A stretch of DNA of 63,211 nt, the filler included, from Cercozoa sp. M6MM (lineage: Eukaryota; Protista; Endomyxa: Ascetosporea), in NCBI GenBank assembly GCA_040357565.1. It is 10 parts of 10 records of this genome, joined end to end, with 100 filler letters (N's around TTAATTAATTAA, not from the genome) between each part and the next. Parts side by side here need not be neighbours in the genome. Positions count along the whole stretch, not along the records: positions 1 to 13,681 come from JBDODJ010000350.1; positions 13,782 to 30,797 come from JBDODJ010000273.1; 8 more parts are not named here. One strand, 5' to 3'. Positions 11,838-26,750 of this stretch are shown one piece after another. A model generated the notes under the pieces. That model saw only the letters and a program-made list of their open reading frames with translations. It was not told the DNA's origin and searched no databases. A program made the position numbers and the translations under genes. How positions within the stretch are numbered: the stretch's first letter is position 1; each line of letters starts with the position of its first letter.

Positions 11838-12495
11838 CGCAGCTTCCCTTCTTCCCTTCTTGTTTTTCTTACGTTTGATGAACCCCTCCAGGGAAAACGA
11901 ACAGACCACGTCAACAAATCGAGTGCATCACGCACGTCAACACTCGCGAAAAACAGGGTTTCATCAATTCAACATTGTTTAAAGGTGCGCCCGGAGCGCC
12001 CGAATCGTACAGTGATAATAAAAGCCCGGGACCCGTCCACGCGTGCCCCGTCCAGTCCAGCGAAGCGCTGTAGTGAGTAGTACCGGACGTTTGTACGCCG
12101 TGAGACAGGTACTCAGAGGACCAGAATAGAGACACTGGGCGGGGGACTGAGCGTGTTTTTCTGTCCCCGTTGGGGTTTTGTGCTTTGGAGCCATAGTTCT
12201 CGCCGCTTGGCCTCTCTGACGCCGATTGCTGTGTCTGTGTGGTGCGTAAAGTGTTTGAGACAGAGTTTATGCCCGTAAAGCGGCGTTGATTTGTTGTTTT
12301 GGACACTTGGCTTTTTGGCGACTTGGGCAATCCCGGGTTTTGACTTTTGTCTGTTTTGGGCCGTCGTGTCCATTTTTTTGAGTTATCGCCAGCTCTCTTT
12401 TCCTTTTGCAGTTAGCACTTCAGAGCTCTCTGTCCGCAGCAGCTATATGATGATGATGTGCTCGGTTTTGGAGCAGTTGCCGACTGGTCCCCGCG

Positions 12496-12759
12496 ATGGA
12501 AGGACAGAACGATGCGCCCATTGCAGGGCAAATCTCGCACGCGCAGATGGTAGCGCCCGGCAGCATGGATGACTCGATCAACGCGCATCACGCACACGTG
12601 CAGCACGCTCACGATCAGCACGCACACGCACACCAGCACCACCCGGGCATGGACGACATGACGACGGCCAGTCTGGGCACTGGCGGTCTAGGGAGCGGTA
12701 GTCTGCCAACCGCCATGAGTGCTGCGAGCATCCAGGCCGCCATGCAAGCTGCCGGCTCT

Positions 12760-12795
<36 letters not shown>

Positions 12796-13666
12796 CAACC
12801 TCAGCACCAGCAGCTGGCCACGATGCATGCCTCCATTGCAGGTGTGCCTCCGTCGGGATGGGTCAAATACTACTCGAACCCTGCCTTCTATACTCAGGTA
12901 CTTGCGCTCTAGTAAGCACTTTCGTTGACTTGACTTGACTTGCTTGACTTTGCAGCAGCAGCCTCAACAGCAGCAGCCGCAACAACAGCAGCCACAACAG
13001 CAGCAGCAGCAGCAACCCGTCGTGAACCACGGACTGCTGTCGCAGCAGGCGCAGCAGCCGGTGCCGCAGCAGCCCGAGCTGCTCACGGGCGACCCAGCTA
13101 CCGGTGCCAGCGAGGCCGCCACTGAGGGTACTACCGACCTTTCACCCTATCCCCCCTACCCTATCAAACCCCCACGCCGCAGAGATGAAGCACAAGAAAC
13201 ATCTGTACGAGACGGTGCCAGTGTCGAGCAAGGACTTTTATGTGGCCTACTACTCGTCGACGGAGGCGGCGCCGCTGATGACGCGTGCATTTGCGCACAC
13301 GGCCATGTCGTGGCCGAACTTCCTGCAGCGCGTGCAGGAGAACTTTGCCGCGCAGCCTGACAAGCTGCCCAGTGTCTCCTTGTACTACCGTCTGCTGCCG
13401 GTACCTCTTACCCTCTTACCACCCTCCGACTCCGTATACTCCCTGTTTACCCCCCCCCCAGAGCCCGACGTCGACCGTGCAAATCACGGGCAAGCTGTCG
13501 TTCGACGGCTTCGTGCGCAGTGCCAATGCCGACGTTCTCGTCGTACTCAACATGTAACCTTTACCCCCTTGGCCCTTGATTCCTCCCTCCCTTTAACCCC
13601 CCCCCCTGGACAGGGCGATGAACAACACGATGGTACCGATGCAGAGTCTGTTTGAGACTGCCGAGG
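12496..13666 (+). CDS. His/Gln-rich low-complexity protein with a possible PB1-like domain, 3'-partial
   Basis: MEGQNDAP... polyQ tracts, then spliced exons SWPNFLQRVQENF...SLYYRLLP|SPTSTVQITGK. Truncated by a contig linker. Confidence 0.6.
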
Positions 13667-13681
13667 TAGCACATGTCCTGG

Positions 13682-13781
13682 NNNNNNNNNNNNNNNNNNN
13701 NNNNNNNNNNNNNNNNNNNNNNNNNTTAATTAATTAANNNNNNNNNNNNNNNNNNNNNNNNNNNNNNNNNNNNNNNNNNNN
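13682..13781. other. Artificial contig linker N-TTAATTAATTAA-N; also at about 30798, 35271, 39068, 46965, 51480, 58545, 60470 and 61973
   Basis: Identical 100-bp six-frame-stop spacer at each site. Confidence 0.97.
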
Positions 13782-13822
<41 letters not shown>

Positions 13823-13904
13823 CTATAGCTGTATGGCTGAGTGTGCCATAGCTGTATGGCTGAGTGTGCGTGTGTAGCTTGGTCTGTTCGGCGGCCCCGT
13901 GCAG

Positions 13905-16562
<2,658 letters not shown>

Positions 16563-16886
16563 AAAATATAGCGTGTTTGTGTTGAGTGCGGCCGTGTGAT
16601 TTAACTGACGAACGGTGTGCGGCGCACGCCAACTGTGTTTATTTGATTTTGGTTGACTGCTTCCGTTTACACCCGTCACGTCCTACCGGTACGATACGAT
16701 CAGTGGTGCCCGTAACCGGCCGGGCACTAGTCGCCCGTCGCCGGTACGAGATCAGGCGATCAGCTGGAAACGGTCTGAGTGACCGCCCAGGGAAAAAACA
16801 TCGTTTCCAACAAGGGCGACGGACCGTAGAGTACAAGCCTCCAAAGGTGTCAGGGCGTGTGCAAAAGTGCTCGGGGCTGCGCTGTC

Positions 16887-17591
16887 ATGGGCAATCGCCA
16901 AAGTCGACGCAACCTGGCAGAGGTCTCCTGATTTTCAACCACTGGGCTCCCCACGTGCGTGCATGTTTTTTCCGTGCATGTGTGCAGGAATGGCTGCTCC
17001 AGACTGCGGTTATGCTCGCCCAGGAGTACTATGGCACAGCCGACAGCCCAACCGTTAGTCCGGCTAATAGTCGCGGCGGCACGCCGAGGAGCTCGTTCGC
17101 CGACGAGGATGACTCCAAGCATGACTGCGACCACGAGGAGGAAGACACGGCGACTGTTTACAGCATGGATAGTCTTGCCAGTACCACATGCAGTAGTACA
17201 CATTCGCTCAACGATCGTGATGGCAGCAGCAGTCTAGTCAACCTGCGCAGGCTGGTATGTGACTCTTTTGTCAATAGCAAATGTAACTGGGAACCCTATC
17301 CGTAGCGACGACTTAATGTCTGCACAAAAGCAGCTCGAAGCTTCGCAAAAAAATACGGCAACCTGGTATTAAGGACGTATGTTTCCGTTCTGTGCCTACG
17401 AGATTTGTGTGTTATACAGGATTTGCGAGGTGCCGTGGTCATGCTGCGAAATCGCATCCAAGATCCAGGTATATTTGCACGTAACAAGTGTACCATCAAA
17501 CTTGCTTACGTTTGTGTGTACTGTAGTTGTTGGTGCTGCGGCAATATATCTCATTTTCGTCGGAGCCAGAGAGTAAGTTAATCGATATCTT

Positions 17592-17624
<33 letters not shown>

Positions 17625-19009
17625 AACTTATATGTATATATATATGTATATAATCTGGACGTTCTGTAGGAGCGGAATACACTTGCAAAAAATTGCATCC
17701 AGCGCAGTCAGAGACCTTGGTACACTTGACTGTGAATAAATCAACAAAGGATAAATTTCGATCTTTTTGTGTCGCAGTTCCGTTGTCAAAGTTCGGCACG
17801 AATGTACCCATCTTGTGTTAATTATGGGAGTCTTAACACTGTAATGTAAAGTACCCTTTGAGACAGATTGAAGTGCCACGTTCTTTGCTGCGTGCCGTGC
17901 TGTACTTTGCGGGTGGTGCCGCAACTGCAGATGTTCTGTTGGCTGGAGTCAGGCAGGTCAGTTGATACAAATATTGGGAAGGAACCTATGCCATACAAAA
18001 CATTTGCCATTTAAATTTGCAGGGAACAAGTGTTATGAACCTTGCCGTGGAACGTAACTGCGTCAAGACGCTTGATGTACCACCACCATTTTAAACCTTG
18101 TCTGATCTTGTATGGCGAGGCTACAATCATTTTTGTTCAGGTACTATTGGAGTATGATGTGCGACGCCGACGAAAAGCGCGGCAGTTTTCCAGCTCTCGC
18201 TACCGACGGTGCTCAGTCTCTTTGTATTTCCCACTGAGCTCTTTTCGTTTCTCATTTTCCAATGTGCACAGGACAAGAAGGCAGCGTGAAAGGAGGTGGC
18301 TCAGTGCGGTATTTGCAGGGTCGAATTATCTGTGTGTTTTCTTGAAACTGAACCTTGTGTTTCTTCAGTTTGGACAAGCGGCGCAGTTGCAGCGTTTCGA
18401 GTGCATGGAACGGATATTGAATGTATCTTTGACTGCGAGATATATGTGTGCTTGCCCGAGTCATGTGTCCAGTGCGCCAAGCGATGCAGCGAACGCAGGG
18501 AACTCTTGCGAACTGCGATAGGTAAGAAGCACTATCACTGTATGTCCAAGTACTTAACTTCGAGGGTACTGAACAATTGTAGACACTGTGTGTTGGGCGC
18601 AAAATCACACAGGTGCAACTCTTAGAATAGGGACGTATGCATACCTATTGAATTCTTGTCTCGCAGAAGATACCCCCTCGGGTCGGCAGTCACTAGAACA
18701 CACCGTGAAGACAATGTTCACCTTTCTGGAGCAACACTTTGGCTCCCCTCGTAAACTTCTCTCGTTTGAACTCCTCTTATCTTACTTACTCTTGGCACGC
18801 TCTCATGTCTTGGCAGTGTTTTCGACGCACGATGAGTCGTTGCGAGTGTCGTGCGTTGCTCAATCGTTGGTACTCAATGGACTCCCATGCCTCCCGTGCC
18901 ACGTTTCTGTGTGTATCAAATTTGTTGCTATGCAGACTGCTCTAGAAGTGGTCGCTCAGTACCGACACACGGTATAACGTTTTCTCCGTTCTCTCCCTTT
19001 TTATACATA

Positions 19010-19040
<31 letters not shown>

Positions 19041-21240
19041 GCGTGTGTGTGTGTGTGTGTGTGTGTTTCTGTGCTTTGACGTTTGCAATTGTGGCAGGAG
19101 ACAGCCTGGCGCTACTCGGAGTTGGAAGATTTCGAGTTTTTTGTTGTCACCGCGCGCACAGCATTACATGCGGTACCGCCTGAGTGTGTTCTAAAATGTG
19201 TGCATACACTAAAACCCGCGTGCATGCACAGTTGCGAGCAAGTCCGTGGCAAGTGGCGGGCACTTTGGCCCGAGTTTCCACGTTTTTGCGCCTGCCTTTC
19301 GCCAACTCAGTACAGCATGGTCGCATGAGGGAGGCGCCGACCCGAGACGTGGCTTCACAAACGGAACAGGTGCAGGAGTGCACGCTGCAATACTGGTGTC
19401 TACTCCAAGGCAGCTTACTCGGTAACCATCACACTGGGGGGAAGAGAAGGGATAGCATTACCAGATTACTCTGTGCCTGCAGGAGACGGCGATCCACTGA
19501 TGCTGTTGCTGCCTTTGTTTCTGGATGCTGCATGCACGCCGGGTACCTTGTAGTGTATATGTATATTTGTTATGTATTTATTGTTTTGGATCTATTGTTT
19601 ATGTATTTATTGTTTTGGATCTATTGTTTATGTACTTATGATTTAGGTGCTATGTTTTTCCGTTATTTCTTTCTTCATTCATTTATCTCACAATTTATCT
19701 GTTCATTCATTTCTCCATTCGTTTACTTTGTTTACTCTTTGTATTTTGTTCTCATATTTAAGCGTTTTTTTAATTTAAACTGCAGGTTCGACTGCGCGTC
19801 TCGTGGCTGCGCTTCTGTCCAATGGTGCACGAATCACGGTAGCGAAAATGCACCTCCCTCTGCATATATTGGGACATCCGTCGATACACAAGTTTTGTAG
19901 AAGCAAACACTGGGCGACGGCTTGCGAATCGCTCGCGAGATGCGTACGAGTGTGCACTTCCTGGGCGCGTGTGCCAAAGTGCCGGCGCATGAGGATGACG
20001 ACACCATGGACTCCACTCTGGTGCAGGCCATCCTGGCCTCTGCGCGGGCACTGGTACTGTTAACTCTTCTAATATAAATATATCTTTTTATTTATATACT
20101 AAAAATAAATCAATCAGTATTAATTTATAATTCAACATAAATTAATTTAAAATAAAAGAAATATATTAAACATAGTCTCGTGCGGCCGGGCGTGAGCGAC
20201 ATGCGAGACTCGCCAGCGAGATCGGCGAGGCCGTGCCGTGCCTGGACCCGCTGTGCTTGGCCACTGTGGCCGATTTCATGTGCTACATGCCTGCCGTGTC
20301 GCACTCCACTGTGCCCAGGTATTTCCTAGCTTCACTCGAGTTAGTATATTCCTTTGCTCGTTATCTTCGTGTGTGTGTTTGTATGTCTGCAGACAGTACG
20401 AACCTATCACATCGATTCCAAACTACCCGGATGTGCCGGTCCTTGACTACTTCTTCACAGGTATAGTCTATACGCTCGTAAACGCCTACGTGCATGTATT
20501 TGGTTTGTATGTATACAGCCCTATCGAGCGATACTGAGCGACGCATCGTAGTTGAGGAACCCACCAAGAAACGAAGGTCAAGGTAGCTGGCCTTCTGTAT
20601 GTACATGTGTGTATTGATATGTCTGTATGTCTGTATATTTGTGTGTGTGTGCGTGTGGACAGAGACATTCGCACAGTGATGTTGCTGGGTGCCGGTGGCA
20701 GTGGCAAAAGCTGCCTAACGAAACATCTGTCCATGCGCTTCACTGGATGTAAAGCACTTTGTACATTATAGATATTATATGTCTATACATATATATAATG
20801 TACACCTGTGTTTATATATATAATGTATGTTTATCCCTGCTGTCCTTGTACACCGGAGTCGTTGGGCAGCGTCGCCGCAGAAACCCAAGGAAAATGCCTT
20901 CTGTGGCATGCGCGACATTGTGCGCACTGCTGCCACTAAACTGGGTGAGTCTTTTTCTGTATGTAGACATGCATGTATGTACGTATGTATGTGCGTGTAT
21001 ACATAGTGCAAAAATCCATCGATTTCGACAATGTGGGCCTGGAGAATCCGCGTAGCTACCGTGCCGCTTTGACCTTGGTATACACTCTGTATCTGTGTAT
21101 ATATGTGTACTTGTATTACCAATCATGTATTCCTGTAGACGAGTCGTACTGAGGCGATGCAACTGGCCGGTGGCTATGCCAACGTTGATGACCTGCACAA
21201 TCGATTGGGTATCATTTGTCAATATACATATACATATATC

Positions 21241-21337
<97 letters not shown>

Positions 21338-22509
21338 GAGGCAACGACTCCTGCCCCGTTGGAGGAGGACGAGGGTGGGCTCGCTCGACGTGATGCACAG
21401 GATATTCTGGTACACAGCAGGCACGCAGATGCACATACAGTTATGCAGGCTTGCACTCTGACATATGTGTCTCTATAGGCACTGTGGGAGGAACCGAGCA
21501 TTCAGCGCACTTGGCAGCGACTGCGTACCGAAGCTGAGGTACCCTGCATCTGTAGGTATGTGTGTGCATGCGAAGTGCTGAATGTCCCTGTTGTGTAGGA
21601 CCACATTCCGTACGTGCTGCCGCGTGCACTGCAGTTCGTGACAGACCAGCGCAGAATCACGCCACTGCAGTGGTCCATGGTATGACACACGTGTCTCTAT
21701 CCCGACCGACCGAAGTGAGGCTGCCGAAACATACCTACTGCTCGCACATAGGCACACTTTCGCACAACAGGAGTGCTGCCGACGGACTTCAACATCACTC
21801 AGGTTCGGCATCGAAACAAGCAGCAGCATGTGTACATGCAGGGGTGAGTTTGACCTATATCTTTGAACCTTTATGTTGTCGGATGTCTACGTGTATACAT
21901 GTATAAACAGATTAAATTCTGTATGTGTGTCTCATCTATCTATCTGTCCATCTATCTAGCTATCTAAAGACATAAACATGTATATTTATTCAACATGTAT
22001 TGTGTAATAGTGTGCGAGTCATGGACCCAGGTGGCCAGCGATGCGAACGACGAAAGTGGACCCTCGGTACTCTCGCAGGACTCGAGTTGGAATCACTAAC
22101 TTACCAAAGTGTGTTCATATACGCAAAAACGCAGCGGCCAGTCAGGCGGACGCTTTTGTCGTGTGTGTCTCCGCAAGCGACTTCCGACAGATCATGTTCG
22201 AAGACTCTGGCAATCGACTTGTTGAGGTAGAAGGGCAATCTGAGGTAGTGAAGAGGCTGCTCAGAGGTGTTCGTGTGTGCATTCAGAGCGTCGCAGTGCT
22301 GCGCTCGGTGATGAACGACATTGCGTTCGCCGACCGGCCCTTCTTCCTGACGGTGACCAAGTGCGACCTGCTGCAGCAACTTGTGCAGTTTGAGGTAACA
22401 AGTCCCTGTGTCTCTGTCTCACTTGTTGCATGTGTGTTGAGTATGTTTGAAGAACGTTCCTTTCTCGTATCACGGCGAACTCACGGATCCGTCGCTCACT
22501 GAGGTACAC

Positions 22510-22559
<50 letters not shown>

Positions 22560-22775
22560 TGCTAAATAAAATGCAGCTGATGGGCCTGTCGCCTCTGCCT
22601 GCCGATGGAAACAGTACCAACAGCACCAGCAACAGCGAGCGCAGCGGCGACAGGAACGACGTGCGTGCAGTGTTGTTGGCACTGCTGCAGTTGCTGCTGC
22701 ACGAATTGCCAACGGAACGACTCCGAGGTTCGTCTCCTTTTTTCTGCCGGTGGAACGACTCCGACTGACGTGTGC

Positions 22776-22829
<54 letters not shown>

Positions 22830-22963
22830 GTGTTTTCCTTGTGTCCTGTACGGATGGAGCAGCGCTCGAGGACATGCTCGCCGAGGTGTTGCTGCGCTCG
22901 TTCGGCAGCCGCTCCGAATCCACGGCGGTTCATTATTACTACTCCGATTGGCGCCATCGCTAA
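16887..22963 (+). CDS. Extra-large G-protein alpha-like protein: MGNRQS N-terminus, about 600-aa helical/ankyrin-like extension, C-terminal G-alpha domain
   Basis: A continuous in-frame GT-AG exon chain runs from ATG 16887. G1 GAGGSGKS, G2 HFRTTGV, G3 DPGGQRCERRKW, then EDSGNRLVES, G4 TKCD, G5 VSCTD. Confidence 0.85.
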
Positions 22964-23733
22964 GGTAGGCGCCGACGCGACCGGACGCGAACTGTACATG
23001 TGTCGCGCCCGGGTGTCGCAGCATCTCGATGCATAATATACTAAACTACCCAGATAGGCACGCAACTGCAGTGTGCGTGGTCACTACCGGCTGCACATAC
23101 AATAGGTATGCTGATGTGAGATTGTCAATAGGCAACGACTAAAGATAAGTAAGAATGTAAGGTCGTTTAATTTAGTGTTCGTTCGGCGTCTCAATATTAC
23201 CACAACGACAACGAGCTACACGCCGATGTTATTCGGCATAACTAATAGGTGCTTCCACGCGGAGCAAGTAGTTTGCCGAGTAGGTTGTTTGATGTTGACA
23301 GTAACAGGTAAGTGCGCTCGCTGGTCCCGCAGAACACGTACAATACCGTACTAGTATTTATGGCAACCTTGAAGAAGTATTTGTAGCAACCTTGAAGTCG
23401 TATTTGTGGCAACCTTGAAGAGTTGGATGTCCCCACCATAAGCCGGTGCACTATGGTCATGCACTTATGACCTACACCGGGACTGGCGCAAGGAACATAG
23501 TTAGTTTTTAGGTCTGAACTGATAAACTACCGTACTAGTATTAGCTGTCTCTTCATCTTTGTTGCGTTGTTGATACTGTACAGGCGAGGGTACCGTGACA
23601 CGACAGCCGAGTTGAGTTGTTCAGTTGTTATTGTACACACAAACGAACTAACGTAAGTACGATTGCTCAGGCTGTGTCGCATTGGTGAGGCCAGCGATTC
23701 GAATAAACCGAACCGAAACGCCGGTTTGCCGGC

Positions 23734-25194
23734 TTACGACAGCAGCTGCTGGGCAGCCTGCTTGTCACTCTGAGCGGACAAAAAGAGTCGATTTCAATGC
23801 CAATTTTTGCGGTCCGTGGGAAAAGTTGTGTGTTACCGAGAACGAGAAGCAAGCCGGGATCTGGAAGTTGTTCTGCTTGTCGAGGATACGCGGGGCGAGC
23901 AGCTGGAGTGCCGCCATCTTGTCGCTGCTCATGCTGAACTGGCCAATCACCTGCTGCACCTGCGCCACGTAGAAGCCGTAGTTGCCGATTCCCATGCGCA
24001 ACACGTTCATCTTGTTGCTGCTAAAGGACTCGTTGGCGATCTGCTGCAGCAGCGAGGCAAACCTGTGGGTGCGCGCGGGGGTAGGGGTAAAGAAAACATA
24101 GAAGGACCAGAATACGTGTTCTGCGGGATCGGGGAGTAGGTAGCGCTCATCTGCTGCATCGGTTGCATCGGCTGCATCTGGTGCTGCGGCATGGGCTGGC
24201 TCGGCATGGGCTGGCTCGGCATGTGCATGCCAGGCATGGGCTGACCCGGCATCGGTTGCATGCCGGTCGGCTGCATTGGCTGCATTGACTGCATTGGCGG
24301 CTGCATGTGCATGCCAGGCATGGGCTGACCCATGGCAGGCTGCATCGGCATGGCAGGTTGCATCGGCATGGCGGGCTGCATGGAAGGCATGGGCTGCTGC
24401 ATGGAGGGCATGGGCTGCTGCATGGAGGGCATGGGCTGCTGCATGGAAGGCATGGGCTGCTGCATGGAGGGCATGCCGCCGCCCACGATCTGGTAGGAGA
24501 AGTGCTCCCAGCCCTGCGCCTGCTGACGGTTGCATTCGAGGCGGCCGTCCTGTTGCGCGGACAGGAAGGTGTGGTGAGCCGCCGACTGCACGGCAACCTT
24601 TCCCGGACCGACCTGCGCGATGTTGAAATAGGGGATGGTGTTTCTGCTGAGTGTGTCAAATGTACGATGTGGATGCGGAAGTGCTCCCAGCCCTGGGCAC
24701 GGTCACGGTTAACGACAAAGGTGCCGTTCTGCTCGCAGCAAGCGTACTTGCCTGCAGGAAAATAAGTAGGTGGGTAGGTGGGTAGGTGGGTAGGTAGGTA
24801 GGGAGATGGGTAGGTAGGTAGGGAGGGAGGTAGGAAGATGGGCAGGAGGTAGGAAGATGGGCAGGAGGTAGGGAGATACAAAGATAAGACAAATAGGTAC
24901 AAATAGACCAGACAAAACAAACAGGCACAGACAAGACAGATAGGACAAAACAAATAGGTATGGAAGGCGAAGTACCATGGGCAGAACGGATGGTGACGAG
25001 ACCGTTTCCAACGGGCGACAACGTCACCTGCTCCCAGGCCTGCGAGCACACAATGCGATACAACACATAGCTGCCAATCTATGTCAGGAAAGTCGCATCG
25101 ACTCAATCAATACCTGAGCCATGTCGCGGTTGGCCACGGCCATGCCGCTTTGCTCAACGCACAAGTACTTGCCTGTGCATGTATACAAATCCGA

Positions 25195-25226
<32 letters not shown>

Positions 25227-25957
25227 TTATATGTGCATAGAACATTTATTCTCTTTACGTATATACGGAACACTTACCATGGGCAGAACGGAGCGACACC
25301 GTCACCGGCGACTGCGACATGCCCTGCGACAGAGCGACCACAGCATCGCCACCACGGGCAATAACCTGGAACTCCTCCCTGCAGGCAAAAACATATATAC
25401 AGCACGGAAAGACGCCCCTCAGAGCATGGTTTTACCAAGCCTGCACTTGCATGCGGTTGCACTCCAGGCGGCCGTCCTGCTGAGCCGACAGGTAACGTCC
25501 GTGGGCAGCCGACTTGATGGCGATCTTGCCGTTGCGGAACTGAACCTCAAACTTCTCCCTGCGAAAAAAGTTTTGGGAGAATACCCTCTGGGAATTCTGA
25601 TTGTATCACAATACCAGCCCTGCGGCGTGTCGCGGTTCACCGCAAAGTTGCCGTTTTGCTCGCAGCAGGCGTACTTGCCGTGGTGCGTGCGGATGTGGAA
25701 GATGCCTGCATGTAGCAAAGCAAGCAGGGACCAATTTAAAACAACCAGACTTTTATTTTCAAATATTTATAAATTTATATAAAGATACCGTGGCCGGCCT
25801 TTTGGAACTCGAAAGTTTCCCAGTCGCTCGCCTGGTCACGGTTGGCAACAGCGTAGCCCGACTGCTCGGCACAGACGTACTTGCCATGCGCGGTACGGAG
25901 GGCGACCTTGACCGAACCGAAGCCGTTCGAGTAGGCAAGAGATTGCAGTTGCTGCAT
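23734..25957 (-). CDS. Two fascin-like beta-trefoil domains, a Pro/Met/Gln-rich linker and a DUF4476-like C-terminal domain
   Basis: Six repeats of the type LRTAHGKYVCAEQSG.AVANRD..SDWETF, then MPSMQQP repeats. C-terminus FASLLQQIANESFSSNKMNVL...FSMSSDKMAALQLLAPRILDKQN...FSFSSDKQAAQQLLS*. Confidence 0.85.
24379..24477 (-). repeat. 21-bp coding tandem repeat (MPSMQQP), about five copies
   Basis: Visible in both DNA and translation. Confidence 0.85.
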
Positions 25958-26750
25958 GTGGGTGTTCGTGGGCCTGTGCACAACGAAAACAACATCAAGA
26001 TGACTGAGAGCAAAGTCGACAACACAACCGGAAAAATGCGTTTTGCTGGGTTAGATGTAAACTGGGTCGGTCAGAGCAGTGTTTTAGTACAGTTGCAAAC
26101 CTAAGAGAGGAGAACAAAACCGGAAGAAGTTCCACAGTGAGCACGTGTCAGATTTTCTTTTTTTTTGTGTGTGCTCCTGAGCAACAATCGTTGATCTGTC
26201 TTTCTTCGGAGCTATTCACTGTACAGTATCACACCGTTCTGTTTCTGCGTTCACATGTAGTACAAGTATCCCGACTTACGCTACCGTCTGCCTTATTTTA
26301 CAACCCTTAGAGTCACGTCCTGCCATCTTAGGACCGCGACGGGTACCCGGATACAGTATTTCTTACGCGTCTTATTAAATTTACGTTATGCACAGTACAT
26401 GTACTGTATCGCCCTGCGGTATGAAATCGGCATCGATAATGATGGTGCCCAGAAGTGCTGATTGGTGCACTTTGATCCCAGGTAGACGCTGCACTTCGAA
26501 TGACAACAACTACAGTTTTTGGAGCGGTGAAACCAATTGCGCTCCAAAGCAGCAACTATGGAAACTGTCCGAGCACACCGAACTGCACGGGCGATCGGAC
26601 TTACACCCCCGAGAAGTTTCAAGCTGGACTGTATGCATCAGGTGCTCGTTCACTCTCGATTTAGGCTCTGGCGCTCTTCTGACTCCTGGACTGGCAGCCC
26701 TGGCATTGAAGCTGTGACTGACAGTTTAAACTGAACTTCGAAGGATTGAA

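Noticed and set aside
13726-13737. Recurrent TTAATTAATTAA palindrome within N runs
   Set aside because: Artificial six-frame-stop contig linker. Gene neighbourhoods across these linkers were not interpreted.
16586-17305. Stand-alone 239-aa ORF or a small myristoylated protein
   Set aside because: A GT-AG intron at 17255-17305 removes the stop and joins it in frame to the giant G-alpha exon chain.
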